A DNA stretch of 64,000 bases from Leptonemataceae bacterium (lineage in GTDB: Bacteria > Spirochaetota > Leptospiria > Leptospirales > Leptonemataceae), in the NCBI GenBank assembly GCA_965227295.1, contig OZ245742.1:5312001-5376000 (forward strand), read 5' to 3'. A program made the translations under genes and the position numbers. Below are positions 22,343-32,071 of this stretch, in pieces. How positions within the stretch are numbered: the first letter of the stretch is position 1; each line of letters opens with the position of its first letter. The notes under the pieces are model-generated. The model made no database searches, was not told the origin of the DNA, and was given only the letters and a program-made list of their open reading frames with translations.

Positions 22343-23320
22343 CTAAAACCGATCGGTCGCGTTCAACAAGGCCGTCCTGGTCCCCGGTTCCATGGCCGAA
22401 TGACCCGCGTCGGGGATAATCTCCAGTTCCGCCTCGGGCCAGGCCTCGTGTAAGTCCCAGGCGTTCGCCAGCGCGCAAACGACGTCGTACCGACCGTGGA
22501 CAATCACCGCGGGGATGTGCCGAATGCGATCGATGTTCCGCAACAGTTCGTCGTCGTGTTCGAAGAAGCCGCGGTTTGTAAAGTAATGGCACTCGATGCG
22601 CGCGAAGGCCTCGGCGAAACGTTCGCTGCCGAAACCCTGAGTAAACCCTTCGTCCGGGAAGAGCTTCGACGTAGCGCCCTCCCAGATGGACCAGGCCCGG
22701 GCCGCCTCGATACGTAACTTACGATCACCGGAAGTTAATCGTTTGTAGTAGGCGTTCACGAGATCCCCGCGCTCGTCCTCGGGAATGGGTGCCAGGTACT
22801 CGCGCCAGGCGTCGGGGAAGATGCGCGACGCCCCCTCCTGGTAAAACCAATCGATCTCGTGTTTGCGCAAAAGAAAGATGCCGCGCAAGATGAGGCCGCG
22901 CACGCGTTCGGGATGAGCCTCGGCGTAGGCCAGCGAGAGCGTGCTGCCCCAGGAGCCGCCGAAGACGGTCCAGGCCTCGATGTTCAAGTGGCGGCGAATC
23001 TTTTCGATGTCGGCGACGAGATCGTGGGTCGTGTTTTCGCGCAGTTCGGCGAAGGGCGTGGAGCGGCCGCAGCCGCGCTGGTCGAAGAGAATTACCCGCC
23101 ATTTTTCAGGATCGAAAAAGCGGCGGTAGTTTCCGGAAACGCCGCCGCCGGGGCCGCCGTGAAGAAAGACGACGGGCTTACCTTCGGGATTGCCCACCTG
23201 CTCGACGTAGAGCGAGTGCAGCTCCGACACCGACAACCGGAACGTTTCGTAGGGTTCGATGGGCGGATAGAGTTCCCGCACGGGCGAGCCGCCGGGGCTG
23301 GTGCGTGTCGGATCGTTCAA
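22343..23320 (-). CDS. pip: Proline iminopeptidase (S33)
   Basis: LYPPIEPY, HGGPGGG, DQRGCGRS, GGSWG nucleophile, GRYD, AGHS. Confidence 0.95.
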   Translation of the reverse strand: MNDPTRTSPGGSPVRELYPPIEPYETFRLSVSELHSLYVEQVGNPEGKPVVFLHGGPGGGVSGNYRRFFDPEKWRVILFDQRGCGRSTPFAELRENTTHDLVADIEKIRRHLNIEAWTVFGGSWGSTLSLAYAEAHPERVRGLILRGIFLLRKHEIDWFYQEGASRIFPDAWREYLAPIPEDERGDLVNAYYKRLTSGDRKLRIEAARAWSIWEGATSKLFPDEGFTQGFGSERFAEAFARIECHYFTNRGFFEHDDELLRNIDRIRHIPAVIVHGRYDVVCALANAWDLHEAWPEAELEIIPDAGHSAMEPGTRTALLNATDRF

Positions 23321-23338
23321 GCCGTTAACTATCTCTTA

Positions 23339-24808
23339 CTATGTATTAGCGTCCGTAAACTTATCGAGGAGGTCCTTCACGATTTCGTTCAGGTCGCCGC
23401 GGTTCGGGAGCGAACCCATCATGCCGTACATGGCCGCGCTGCGTTTGGGCAGACCGGTGCCGCCCATTTTCGAAAACAGCCGCGTCACCGCCGAGGCCGT
23501 GGACTCCGGCAACCAACCGAGCACGGTTCCCACGAAGGAACCCAGCGAGGTCTGGAAGCTGTTCAGGCTGAAACTCCGGGCCTTACGTACCGCGAGCGCG
23601 AGGTCCTCCACGAATTGATCCACGGACTGCGTGTGCGCCGCGTTCACTGTAAGATGTATGCTCGCCGGATACTGCTGCCGGTCCAGGTGCCAGCCGCGCA
23701 CGCTCATCTCATCACCCACGGCGTAGATGTCCAGCACGTCTTCGGCGTCTTCGTTTCCGTCTTTCTTTGCCGCGGCGATGCAGAGCACCGACATCTCCGG
23801 TTCCCCCAGCAGGCGCAGCCCGTCGATCCGCTCAATGCCCTGGCGAAATTTCCCCACGGTGTCCATCACCGTACGGGTAATCTCCAGGTAACCGTCCTCG
23901 CCCAGATGATTCATGATCGCCCAGGCCGCGGCAATCGATCCACCGGGACGCGTGCCCATCACCGAGGGCGAGCCGTAGATGCCGCCCGGCCATTCGGTGT
24001 AGACGAAGTACATATGCCGGCGGAGCGCCTTGTTTCTATACAAAATACACGATGCGCCTTTCGCGGCGTAGCCGTACTTATGCAGGTCGACGCTCATGGA
24101 CGTGACGCCGGGCACGGAGAAATCGAAATCGCGCACGGCATAACCCAGCCGGCGGACGAACGGCAACATCATCCCACCCACGCACGCATCCACGTGCATC
24201 AACAGGCCGCGGCGCTGCGCAATCTCCGCCAGCTCCGCAATGGGATCGATGACCCCCTGGGCATACTGCGGCGCCGAGCCGACGAGCATGATGGTGTTGT
24301 CCGTGATGGCCGCTTCCATGGCGGCCACGTCCGCGCGGTAATCGGGGCCGACCGCCACGTGCTTCACGCGCACGTCGAAGTAGTGGCCGGCCTTGTCGAA
24401 CGCCGGATGCGCCGTCACCGGCACGACGATCTCGGGCTCGGTGATCTCCGGTCGCTCTTTGCGAAACTTCTGCCGCGCGGTTTTGACGGCCATGAGGATG
24501 GACTCGGTCCCGCCGGAGGTCATGTTGCCCGCGGTCTCGTCGTCGCCGCCGAGCAACGCCGCGGTCATGGCCACCACCTCGCTCTCGAATTTCTTGAGAC
24601 TCGGGAAGGCGCCGGGGTTCAGGCCGTTCTCGGAGAAGAACATCGTGTAGGCCTCTTTGAGCAGGCTCAGAATTTCATCGCCGGCGTAAAAGACCAGGCT
24701 GAACGTGCGGCCGTCCTTCCAGCGCGTGTCCTGGTCCCGGGCAGTCTGCATGGTTCCGAGGACGTCCTCACGACTGCGTCCGTGTTGCGGCAGGGCGATC
24801 TTCTTCAT
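23339..24808 (-). CDS. Group II PLP-dependent enzyme, sphingosine-1-phosphate lyase-like
   Basis: TSGGTESI, HPAFDKA, HVDACVGG, SVDLHKYG, WPGGIY.SP, GTRPG, AAMYGM; ATG at 24808 preceded by GGAG. Confidence 0.85.
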   Translation of the reverse strand: MKKIALPQHGRSREDVLGTMQTARDQDTRWKDGRTFSLVFYAGDEILSLLKEAYTMFFSENGLNPGAFPSLKKFESEVVAMTAALLGGDDETAGNMTSGGTESILMAVKTARQKFRKERPEITEPEIVVPVTAHPAFDKAGHYFDVRVKHVAVGPDYRADVAAMEAAITDNTIMLVGSAPQYAQGVIDPIAELAEIAQRRGLLMHVDACVGGMMLPFVRRLGYAVRDFDFSVPGVTSMSVDLHKYGYAAKGASCILYRNKALRRHMYFVYTEWPGGIYGSPSVMGTRPGGSIAAAWAIMNHLGEDGYLEITRTVMDTVGKFRQGIERIDGLRLLGEPEMSVLCIAAAKKDGNEDAEDVLDIYAVGDEMSVRGWHLDRQQYPASIHLTVNAAHTQSVDQFVEDLALAVRKARSFSLNSFQTSLGSFVGTVLGWLPESTASAVTRLFSKMGGTGLPKRSAAMYGMMGSLPNRGDLNEIVKDLLDKFTDANT

Positions 24809-24916
24809 TTGTAGGAACTCCTTCACATACCACGCGAGAGCGCGGAATGATCGTTCCGACGCTAACTCGAAAGGACGTGTGCGGGCAATGAAAAATTCCG
24901 AGACAAAGATATGACA

Positions 24917-25019
24917 CCGAGGACCGAGGTACCGAGTTTTTAAGATGAGGACTTTCATAGCCCGAGCACGACCAGATACGGTCGCCTCCAAAATCCTGCC
25001 TCGATACCTCGGTCCTCGG
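24917..25019. repeat. 20-bp inverted repeat (1 mismatch) built from CCTCGGT units in a divergent intergenic region
   Basis: CCGAGGACCGAGGTACCGAG (24917-24936) versus CTCGATACCTCGGTCCTCGG (25000-25019). Confidence 0.8.
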
Positions 25020-25080
25020 CGCAAAAAAAATTGTACACTTTTGCTGCTGTATCCGGGTCCTTCGGATATACAGGAGTCTC

Positions 25081-25740
25081 ATGTTGCGCCGTCGCAAATT
25101 CAAAGTCCAGCCCCGTTCCCTCCAGACCGCCGACGCCGTCGACCTCGTGCGAAGCGCGCGCTCCGGTTCGGCCGCGGCCTTTCAGTTGCTCGCCCATCGC
25201 GAACGACCGCGGGCCGTGCGTTTCGCCACGGCCATTCTGCGCGACCGGGACCTGGCCGAAGACGCCGTGCAGGAGGCCCTGCTCGACTGCCATCGCAAAC
25301 TACGCCATCTCCACGAGGCAGCAGCCTTCCCGGCCTGGTTCCGACGCATTGTCTTCAAACACTGCGACCGCATCCGCCGGCGGCGGGACTTCGAAACCGT
25401 GCCGTTTTCTCCCGAGCAGCTCGACGTCGCCGCTCCGCAACGCAGTCGCGAACGCAACCGGGACATTCGCCGTCGCTACGAGCGGGCATTGGGAAGCAAG
25501 GATCTCAGCGCCGAAGAACGCCGCATCGCCCGCCTGCGCTTCGAGGAGGAGCGCCCGTATCGGGAAATCGCGAGGCGGCTTAACATCTCCGAGGATACTG
25601 TTAAGAACCGCGTGCGCGTATTGCGACGCAAGCTCCAGTACCTCATGACGCACAAACAGCCGCAAATGTTGCTTGCGGTGCCGCAGCGCCCTGCAAACGC
25701 TCCGGCACCGGTATTCACGCCCATGTGCGCGGCTGCGTGA
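25081..25740 (+). CDS. ECF-type sigma-70 factor
   Basis: Region 2 DRDLAEDAVQEA..AFPAWFRRI; region 4 LSAEER..Y.EIARRLNISEDTVKNR; AGGAG RBS. Confidence 0.9.
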   Translation: MLRRRKFKVQPRSLQTADAVDLVRSARSGSAAAFQLLAHRERPRAVRFATAILRDRDLAEDAVQEALLDCHRKLRHLHEAAAFPAWFRRIVFKHCDRIRRRRDFETVPFSPEQLDVAAPQRSRERNRDIRRRYERALGSKDLSAEERRIARLRFEEERPYREIARRLNISEDTVKNRVRVLRRKLQYLMTHKQPQMLLAVPQRPANAPAPVFTPMCAAA

Positions 25741-25814
25741 GTCGCTGAATTCTCTCGAATAAAACGTACACGATTCACGGATCGGACGGGTCTTCTCTAC
25801 ACAAGGAGAACCCC

Positions 25815-26393
25815 ATGCCCGAATCCATCGACACCGCCGAAACCATTGCCGCCCTGCATCCCATTCAACAGCGCATCGACGAACACAACATAGGCGAGCG
25901 CCGCATCTTTCTCTGGGGCCAGGTGGACGACAACTCCGCCCGCCATGTCATTGAACGTTTGCTCTTGCTCGATTCCGAAAGCAACGAGGACATCACACTC
26001 CTCGTTAACAGCCCCGGAGGTGCGAACACGGCCGGCTTCGCCATCCTCGACACCATGCGATCCTTACGTTCGGACACGGCCACCGTATGCCTGGGCCTCG
26101 CCGCCAGCTTCGGCGCGCTCATTCTTACGTGCGGCACTCCGGGCAAACGCAGTGCCTATCCGCACAGCCGCATCATGATCCACCAGCCATGGATCCCCGG
26201 CGAAATCCGCGCACCGGCCATGGACCTGCGCATCCACGCCCAGGAAATTCAGCGCCAGCGCCAGACCATCAATGCCATCATCGCAGATTGCACCGGTCGT
26301 AGCATCGAAGAAATCGAAGAGGACACCGACCGGGATAGCTGGTTCACCGCGGAGGAAGCCGTAGACTACGGTCTCATTGACGAAGTGCTGTGA
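25815..26393 (+). CDS. clpP: ClpP-family protease subunit (paralog)
   Basis: RRIFLWGQV, NSPGG, CLGLAASFGA (Ser), MIHQP (His), DRDSWFTAEEA..YGLID (Asp); AAGGAG RBS. Confidence 0.93.
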   Translation: MPESIDTAETIAALHPIQQRIDEHNIGERRIFLWGQVDDNSARHVIERLLLLDSESNEDITLLVNSPGGANTAGFAILDTMRSLRSDTATVCLGLAASFGALILTCGTPGKRSAYPHSRIMIHQPWIPGEIRAPAMDLRIHAQEIQRQRQTINAIIADCTGRSIEEIEEDTDRDSWFTAEEAVDYGLIDEVL

Positions 26394-26446
26394 ATTAAGT
26401 CTAACATTGCGGCGGCCGACACTTATGACAGCCCGGAAAATCATAC

Positions 26447-27286
26447 GTGTCCCTCCGCCGCATATACGAGATCGTCCAGAAGGCCGAATCCGAAGACACT
26501 GCCAGCCGTATCTTCGACGGCCTGCTGATAGCGCTCATCTTTCTGAACGTGCTTGCCATCATGGCCGAGTCGTTCGACGAGATGAGCGTCTATGCAGTCT
26601 ACTTCCGCGTTTTCGAGATTGTTTCCGTTATCGTGTTTACCGTGGAATTCTGCGTCCGCCTGGCGACCGCCCGCTACTTCTACGAACACGAGGACGAACC
26701 GCCCGGTGCGGTCCGGTCGGCTCTACGCTGGTTTTTCTCCCCGCTGGCGCTCGTGGACCTCATCGCCATCCTGCCGTTTTACATTCCGCTCATCATCGGC
26801 TTCGATCTTCGCTTCGTCCGGATGATTCGCATCCTGCGATTGCTGCGCATCCTGAAGCTACAACGCTACTACACTTCGCTGGCGGTCATCGCCACCATCT
26901 TTCGCGAAAAGAAAGAAGACCTGGTCACCACGGTGTTTCTGAGCCTTATCCTGCTGGTCATCGCTTCGACGTTCATGTACTACATCGAAAACGACGCCCA
27001 GCCCGATGCCTTTCCAAACATCCTGGCAACGCTCTGGTGGGCCGTGGCCACGCTGACCACCGTGGGATACGGCGATGTCTATCCGGTGACAGCGGCAGGC
27101 AAATTCCTGGCGGGTTTCTTTGCACTGCTGGGGGTCGGTGTCATTGCCCTGCCGACGGGCATCCTGAGCGCGGCGTTCATCGACAAGCTGGCCGAACAAC
27201 GCCGCCTCGCAGCCCTGGCGCAAGCGGAAGAAGACGAGCAATTCCAGCGCTGTCCGCATTGCGGCAAAGTCATCGATGATGCCTGA
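26447..27286 (+). CDS. 6TM voltage-gated-type potassium channel
   Basis: S4-like RMIRILRLLRILKLQR; pore WWAVATLTTVGYGD; C-terminal CPHCG. Confidence 0.92.
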   Translation: MSLRRIYEIVQKAESEDTASRIFDGLLIALIFLNVLAIMAESFDEMSVYAVYFRVFEIVSVIVFTVEFCVRLATARYFYEHEDEPPGAVRSALRWFFSPLALVDLIAILPFYIPLIIGFDLRFVRMIRILRLLRILKLQRYYTSLAVIATIFREKKEDLVTTVFLSLILLVIASTFMYYIENDAQPDAFPNILATLWWAVATLTTVGYGDVYPVTAAGKFLAGFFALLGVGVIALPTGILSAAFIDKLAEQRRLAALAQAEEDEQFQRCPHCGKVIDDA

Positions 27287-27303
27287 GCACCAGGCGCGCG
27301 CCT

Positions 27304-28221
27304 TCAGCCGCGCCCGCGGGTTTTTGTGCGACCGGGGCGCGCGGTCTTTTCAATGAACTCCACAATGGATCCGGCAATGTCCTTGCCCGTGGCGTTCTCG
27401 ATACCCTCCAGGCCCGGCGAGGAGTTCACTTCCATAATCACCGGGCCGTGGCGCGAACGCAAGAGATCCACACCGGCCACGTTCAGGCCCATGGCCCGGG
27501 CGGCACGCACGGCGGTGGAGCGTTCTTCGGGGGTAATGCGAATCGCCTCCGAGGTCCCACCGCGGTGCAGATTCGAACGGAACTCGCCCTCTTTCGCCTT
27601 GCGCATCATCGAAGCAACGACCTTGTCCCCGATCACGAAACAGCGAATGTCCGAGCCGCCCGCTTCTTTAATGAACTCCTGCACAATGAAGTTGGCCTTC
27701 AGGCCGCGAAAGGCGTCGATGACCGACTCCGCCGCCTTGCGAGTTTCCGCCAGCACCACACCCACGCCCTGCGTCCCTTCCAGGAGCTTTACGACGAGAG
27801 GCGCCCCACCGACCATATCGATCAGCGCGTCCGTTTGTTGAGTCGACGCCGCAAATCCCGTCACCGGCAGGCCGATGCCCTTCTTCGAAAGCAACTGCAG
27901 GCTGCGCAGCTTATCCCGGGAACGCGTAATGGCGACGGATTCGTTCACCGAGTAAACGCCGGCCATCTCGAACTGTCGCACCACGGCGCAACCGTAGAAG
28001 GTAATCGAAGCGCCGATCCGCGGAACGATCGCATGCACGCCTTTGATGACCTGGTTTCGGTAATGCACCTCCGGATTATGCGCCGTGATGTTCATGTAAC
28101 AGCGCAGAGGGTCGAGAATCATTACCTCATGGCCACGGGCCTCGGAGGCTTCCACCAGACGTTTGGTGGAATAGAGCTCCGGACCGCGCGAGAGAATTGC
28201 GATCTTAAGTTTTTCTGTCAT
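27304..28221 (-). CDS. rimK: Ribosomal protein S6-L-glutamate ligase (ATP-grasp)
   Basis: [57 protein letters not shown]. Confidence 0.95.
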   Translation of the reverse strand: MTEKLKIAILSRGPELYSTKRLVEASEARGHEVMILDPLRCYMNITAHNPEVHYRNQVIKGVHAIVPRIGASITFYGCAVVRQFEMAGVYSVNESVAITRSRDKLRSLQLLSKKGIGLPVTGFAASTQQTDALIDMVGGAPLVVKLLEGTQGVGVVLAETRKAAESVIDAFRGLKANFIVQEFIKEAGGSDIRCFVIGDKVVASMMRKAKEGEFRSNLHRGGTSEAIRITPEERSTAVRAARAMGLNVAGVDLLRSRHGPVIMEVNSSPGLEGIENATGKDIAGSIVEFIEKTARPGRTKTRGRG

Positions 28222-28225
28222 AGTA

Positions 28226-28750
28226 TTAAGCCTGGCCGCTTACGTGCTCGTTCCGGCCGATGATAAACGACGCCGACGGGTCGATCCAGAAACGACCGTG
28301 CATGGCCCGCCGCCCGATCAGCATGCGAAAGCCCATGAGGTCCCGGTCCGTCAGATTCAACTCCACCTGGAACTCGTGCAAGCCGAGCCGCAACTTCGTC
28401 GCGATGACCGGTCGTATTTCGCGCTCGCCGTTGGAACTGCGCACCGCGCGCCGGTCCAGCACCCGGGCCTCCGCCTGAATCGGCTCCCGCCGTGATCTGG
28501 AACCTACGGCGGCCTCAGCACTCGCGCCGCGATGATTCGGATCCGTCACGAAACGAACGAACTCAACCTCACCTTCTCCATCGACCCGGCGGTTAAAATA
28601 TTCCAGGTCCACGGCATGCAACGAACAGTTATGAGCGCCGGAATCGACTTTTGCTTTCAGAGAGAAGATGCCGAGATCGGGAAGGCTCACCCACTCGCGC
28701 CATCCGAGCCGCGGGAGCTCCGCAGAGATTGGTCCTGCCTTCCGGTGCAT
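28226..28750 (-). CDS. RimK-associated retropepsin-like protease (RimB/'ATP-dependent zinc protease' family)
   Basis: [20 protein letters not shown] (D-S/T-G), [18 protein letters not shown]; 4 bp upstream of rimK. Confidence 0.9.
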   Translation of the reverse strand: MHRKAGPISAELPRLGWREWVSLPDLGIFSLKAKVDSGAHNCSLHAVDLEYFNRRVDGEGEVEFVRFVTDPNHRGASAEAAVGSRSRREPIQAEARVLDRRAVRSSNGEREIRPVIATKLRLGLHEFQVELNLTDRDLMGFRMLIGRRAMHGRFWIDPSASFIIGRNEHVSGQA

Positions 28751-28866
28751 GTTCTAAAAATCAGGGCAACGTGCGCGAGCGTTGGGCTACAATCGTTTTT
28801 CGCCGCCGCGGTTAGAAAAATCGAAAAAAGCGTTCCCATCAAGGCAAAAACGGCCGAACCTCCCCC

Positions 28867-30195
28867 ATGGTCGTCGATTCGTCTCAGACGCGTTACCGCG
28901 ATGCCATCCGTGAAATCTCCGATGCCGTCGTCCGTGCACAAAAACCCATTCGCATCATTGAGTCGCTCAAGTGGGACACTCGCATCGAAGAGCGTTGCCT
29001 GGCCGGACACCTCCGTGAACTGCCCGCGGTAGACGCCGCCTACTATAGAGAAAAGCGTCCCCTGGAGTTCTCCCCGGCCGCGAAGCTGGAAGAATTCGAA
29101 GCCATCAAAGAAAGTATCTTACGTTATCCAGGCAAAGACGACGACCTCGGCGCGATCCTTTATCGCAACTGCGAGAACTACCAGGACGCGGTGCGCATGC
29201 TCGACTGCCGCGGAACTCCGGAGTTCTTCACATTCGCAAAGCGCCTTTACGGGAGCCCGAAGGATCACTTCGAGGGAGATTCGACAACCATCCGCGATCT
29301 GGGCGAAACCATGGCGGAGATTCTCGGCGGCATTCGTGAGACGGACCTCGGCACTGTCGCCGTAAAAGACGTCCCCGCGGAAACCGTGGTGCAAATACTG
29401 GATGATCGTTTCCAGGAATTTTTCCGGCCGCCGCCCGGCGCTCCGTCGGACCCGTTTCGCGTGCGCGTCATTCTGGACGACGGCATCCTGGCCGACGCGG
29501 CGGCAGGTTCGGATTACGTTAAGATCAAACGCGGCGTACTGTTCTCGATAAAGGAGATCGATCTCCTGGAAAAACACGAGGGCTGGGTGCACGTGGGCAC
29601 CACGTTGAACGGACGCGTGCAAAATTACGCGCGCTGGTTATCCAAGGGACCGCCGTGTGTTTCGGCGGTTCAGGAAGGCCTCGCCGTGCTCATGGAACTC
29701 ATCACCTTCACCATCCACCCGCACCGCGCCCGCAAACTCAACGACCGCATCGTCGCCACGGACCTGGCCGAGAGCGGCGCCGATTTCCTGGAAGTCTGCG
29801 AGTTTTACCGGTCCCGCGGTTACGAAGAGATCGATTGTTATCGCAACGCGAGTCGCATTTTTCGCGGCGGCGTAATTACCGGCGGCGCGCCCTTTCCGAA
29901 AGACATCGGCTACTGCAAAGGCATGGTCATGATCTACAACTTCATGCGCACGGCCATTCGCCTGGGCCGACCGGCGATCATCCCGTTTCTCTTCGCGGGC
30001 AAGCTGATCCTGGACGATGTGCCGGTGTTGTATCGCAAACACAAAGAAGGCGTGATCGACGCGCCGCTCTTTCTGCCGCCGCAGTTTCGCGACCTGAGCG
30101 GTCTCGCCATGTGGATGGCCTTTTCGAATTTTTTCAATCGCGTAAACCTGGACGGCGTTCGCGAACACTATCGACGCATCATCGAGGCGTGCTGA
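28867..30195 (+). CDS. DUF1704 / QEGLA-motif metallopeptidase (MATCAP-like carboxypeptidase family)
   Basis: HEGWVH (HExxxH) at ~29575, QEGLA at ~29671, RIFRGG, F.KD..Y..G, LFAGKL. Confidence 0.88.
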   Translation: MVVDSSQTRYRDAIREISDAVVRAQKPIRIIESLKWDTRIEERCLAGHLRELPAVDAAYYREKRPLEFSPAAKLEEFEAIKESILRYPGKDDDLGAILYRNCENYQDAVRMLDCRGTPEFFTFAKRLYGSPKDHFEGDSTTIRDLGETMAEILGGIRETDLGTVAVKDVPAETVVQILDDRFQEFFRPPPGAPSDPFRVRVILDDGILADAAAGSDYVKIKRGVLFSIKEIDLLEKHEGWVHVGTTLNGRVQNYARWLSKGPPCVSAVQEGLAVLMELITFTIHPHRARKLNDRIVATDLAESGADFLEVCEFYRSRGYEEIDCYRNASRIFRGGVITGGAPFPKDIGYCKGMVMIYNFMRTAIRLGRPAIIPFLFAGKLILDDVPVLYRKHKEGVIDAPLFLPPQFRDLSGLAMWMAFSNFFNRVNLDGVREHYRRIIEAC

Positions 30196-30253
30196 AATAG
30201 AGCGCGCCGATCAGCGCGTCTTCGGCCTCGCTGTCACACGTTTGCGGCCTGTT

Positions 30254-30820
30254 TTATTGGCCACCTATCGTAGAGGACACGACGGGCAGGTCCTTCACGT
30301 TGCTGTCCTTGAAACAATTACCGCCGGTCACGACCGATCGCAACTCTTCGTTGGTCAAAGACTGATCGATCTTTACCTCGAACAGGAACATACCGCTCTT
30401 GCTGACGCTTTTGTTTCGAAAGTGCGCCGTCCCCACGTTCATGAGTCGTCCGGGTTCCGCCGTAACGGTGATCTTCGACGGGAATTCGAATTTGCCGGCG
30501 TCGTTATTGTACTTAAACTTCTGGAGCTCCACCGGTCCCGCCGGAACGTTCAAAAAATAGACCCACGTAACGGGTTTATCTCCCGGTCGGCCGACACAAC
30601 GAAATGCCGGAGAGAACTCTCCGACGGACGTCTCGACAAAGAACCAGGGTTCCCGCAGAGAACGAGTGGAACCGTCGGAGTTCAGTACTTCGTGACGGAA
30701 GCCCAGTGCCAGGACGGACTCTTCCGCCGAAACCGAATCGTTCTGTCCCAGGCCGAGCGAAAAGCAACCGGAAAGCCCCAGGCAGAGAACAACTACTAAA
30801 AAAACATTACGAACAAACAT
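30254..30820 (-). CDS. Hypothetical lipoprotein
   Basis: Signal with LGLSGC lipobox; 188-aa ORF continuing the minus-strand run. Confidence 0.65.
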   Translation of the reverse strand: MFVRNVFLVVVLCLGLSGCFSLGLGQNDSVSAEESVLALGFRHEVLNSDGSTRSLREPWFFVETSVGEFSPAFRCVGRPGDKPVTWVYFLNVPAGPVELQKFKYNNDAGKFEFPSKITVTAEPGRLMNVGTAHFRNKSVSKSGMFLFEVKIDQSLTNEELRSVVTGGNCFKDSNVKDLPVVSSTIGGQ

Positions 30821-30851
30821 CCCGAAATCCTGCCGGGGAAGCCCTGCCGTG

Positions 30852-32063
30852 TCAACCGCATATTTGCACGACGTCCCATAATGCCCCGAGCAAGGCGTCC
30901 GGCTTCGTTACGAAGAACGCGTCCGGCGTCGCTCCACGCACGCGCGCCCGCAACCCCTCATCTTCCGTAACAAACACTGCCGTAACGTTAGTGGATCCCG
31001 CGCGTTCCACCGCCGCCGCAACCAACGGCACATCCGAGCCGGTGTCGCCGCAGACCAGCACCCGCCCGCCGGCGTTCAACTTCACACGAAGCTCATCCAG
31101 CACAAAGCGCAGTCCGTCGCCCTTATCGAACTCGCGGGCGGGCGAGGCCTCGCCGCCCCCGGAAGCGTCACGCGGCAGCGTGAGATGCACTTCGATGTCC
31201 AGGCCCGTATCCTCGATGCGCAAGGTCCCCGGATCCACGGCGTCCACCAGTTCGCGGACCAGTTCCAGGAATGCCTCCGACTCGTCCGCGTCCACGTTGC
31301 GTGCACTGTCCTGGCGCGCCACCGTGAGCTGACCGACCTTTTCCTGAAAACCGGAACCGATCAGCGCAAACTTCCGGTAAGCTTCTGCTTGTAGGATGTT
31401 TGCAATACGCGCGGCCAGTTCGTCCAGGGACCGCTGTTGTTGCGGCGCCACGGGGGTGGAGCCGCGACCCGAGGGAGCGACGTATTCCCGGCCCTTCGAA
31501 CCGGCGAAGACGATGGCATGATCGTCCGGCAGCGTCGACAGATCCCTCAGCCCCGCCGACGCCCCGGTTCCACCCAGGGGCGCCGATGTGAGAATCAAGG
31601 CGAGGCCCGGCAGCGCACGCGCGAAACGATCCACGACGGCGGAGTTGTATGCGCTCTGGATCGACGACAGATACCGGCCGCAGTAATTGTTGATGGTACC
31701 GTCGCGATCCGTAATCCAGTGTGCGATCCTCCCGCCGCGCAAGCGTTCCGCGAGACGGCGTGTCCCGTCCCGGTCCTCCGCGCTCAGATCGAGGACATCC
31801 GGGAGCTCCACGCGGTCGAACCAGGCCAGGTCTTTGCTTAACTCCTGAATTTCGTAACTTACGTCAAAGAGATATTTGTGACCGTCCGGGGCCTCCAGCC
31901 GCGCCTGCCAGGGCGGGCCCTTACCGGCGGAGCCCCCGATAGCGGGCAGGAGTTTACGTAGTTCCGCGGCCGTGTCCGCGGCGCTCCGCCGCGCGTTCGC
32001 GAAGTCCCGGCGCAAATCCCGGGAGCGCATCATGCTCGCATCGAAGTCCGCCAGGCCGAACAT
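30852..32063 (-). CDS. HAD-family trehalose-6-phosphate phosphatase-like protein (gob-1/nematode-type T6PP-like)
   Basis: ITDRDGT..NYC..Y..SIQ (motif I), LTSAP, GSKGRE, DKGDG, CGDTGSD (motif IV). Confidence 0.75.
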   Translation of the reverse strand: MFGLADFDASMMRSRDLRRDFANARRSAADTAAELRKLLPAIGGSAGKGPPWQARLEAPDGHKYLFDVSYEIQELSKDLAWFDRVELPDVLDLSAEDRDGTRRLAERLRGGRIAHWITDRDGTINNYCGRYLSSIQSAYNSAVVDRFARALPGLALILTSAPLGGTGASAGLRDLSTLPDDHAIVFAGSKGREYVAPSGRGSTPVAPQQQRSLDELAARIANILQAEAYRKFALIGSGFQEKVGQLTVARQDSARNVDADESEAFLELVRELVDAVDPGTLRIEDTGLDIEVHLTLPRDASGGGEASPAREFDKGDGLRFVLDELRVKLNAGGRVLVCGDTGSDVPLVAAAVERAGSTNVTAVFVTEDEGLRARVRGATPDAFFVTKPDALLGALWDVVQICG

Positions 32064-32071
32064 ACAATCCG

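Noticed and set aside
22859..24814. 651-aa plus-strand ORF
   Set aside because: Antisense shadow of pip and the SPL-like gene; no motifs; typical of GC-rich codon bias.
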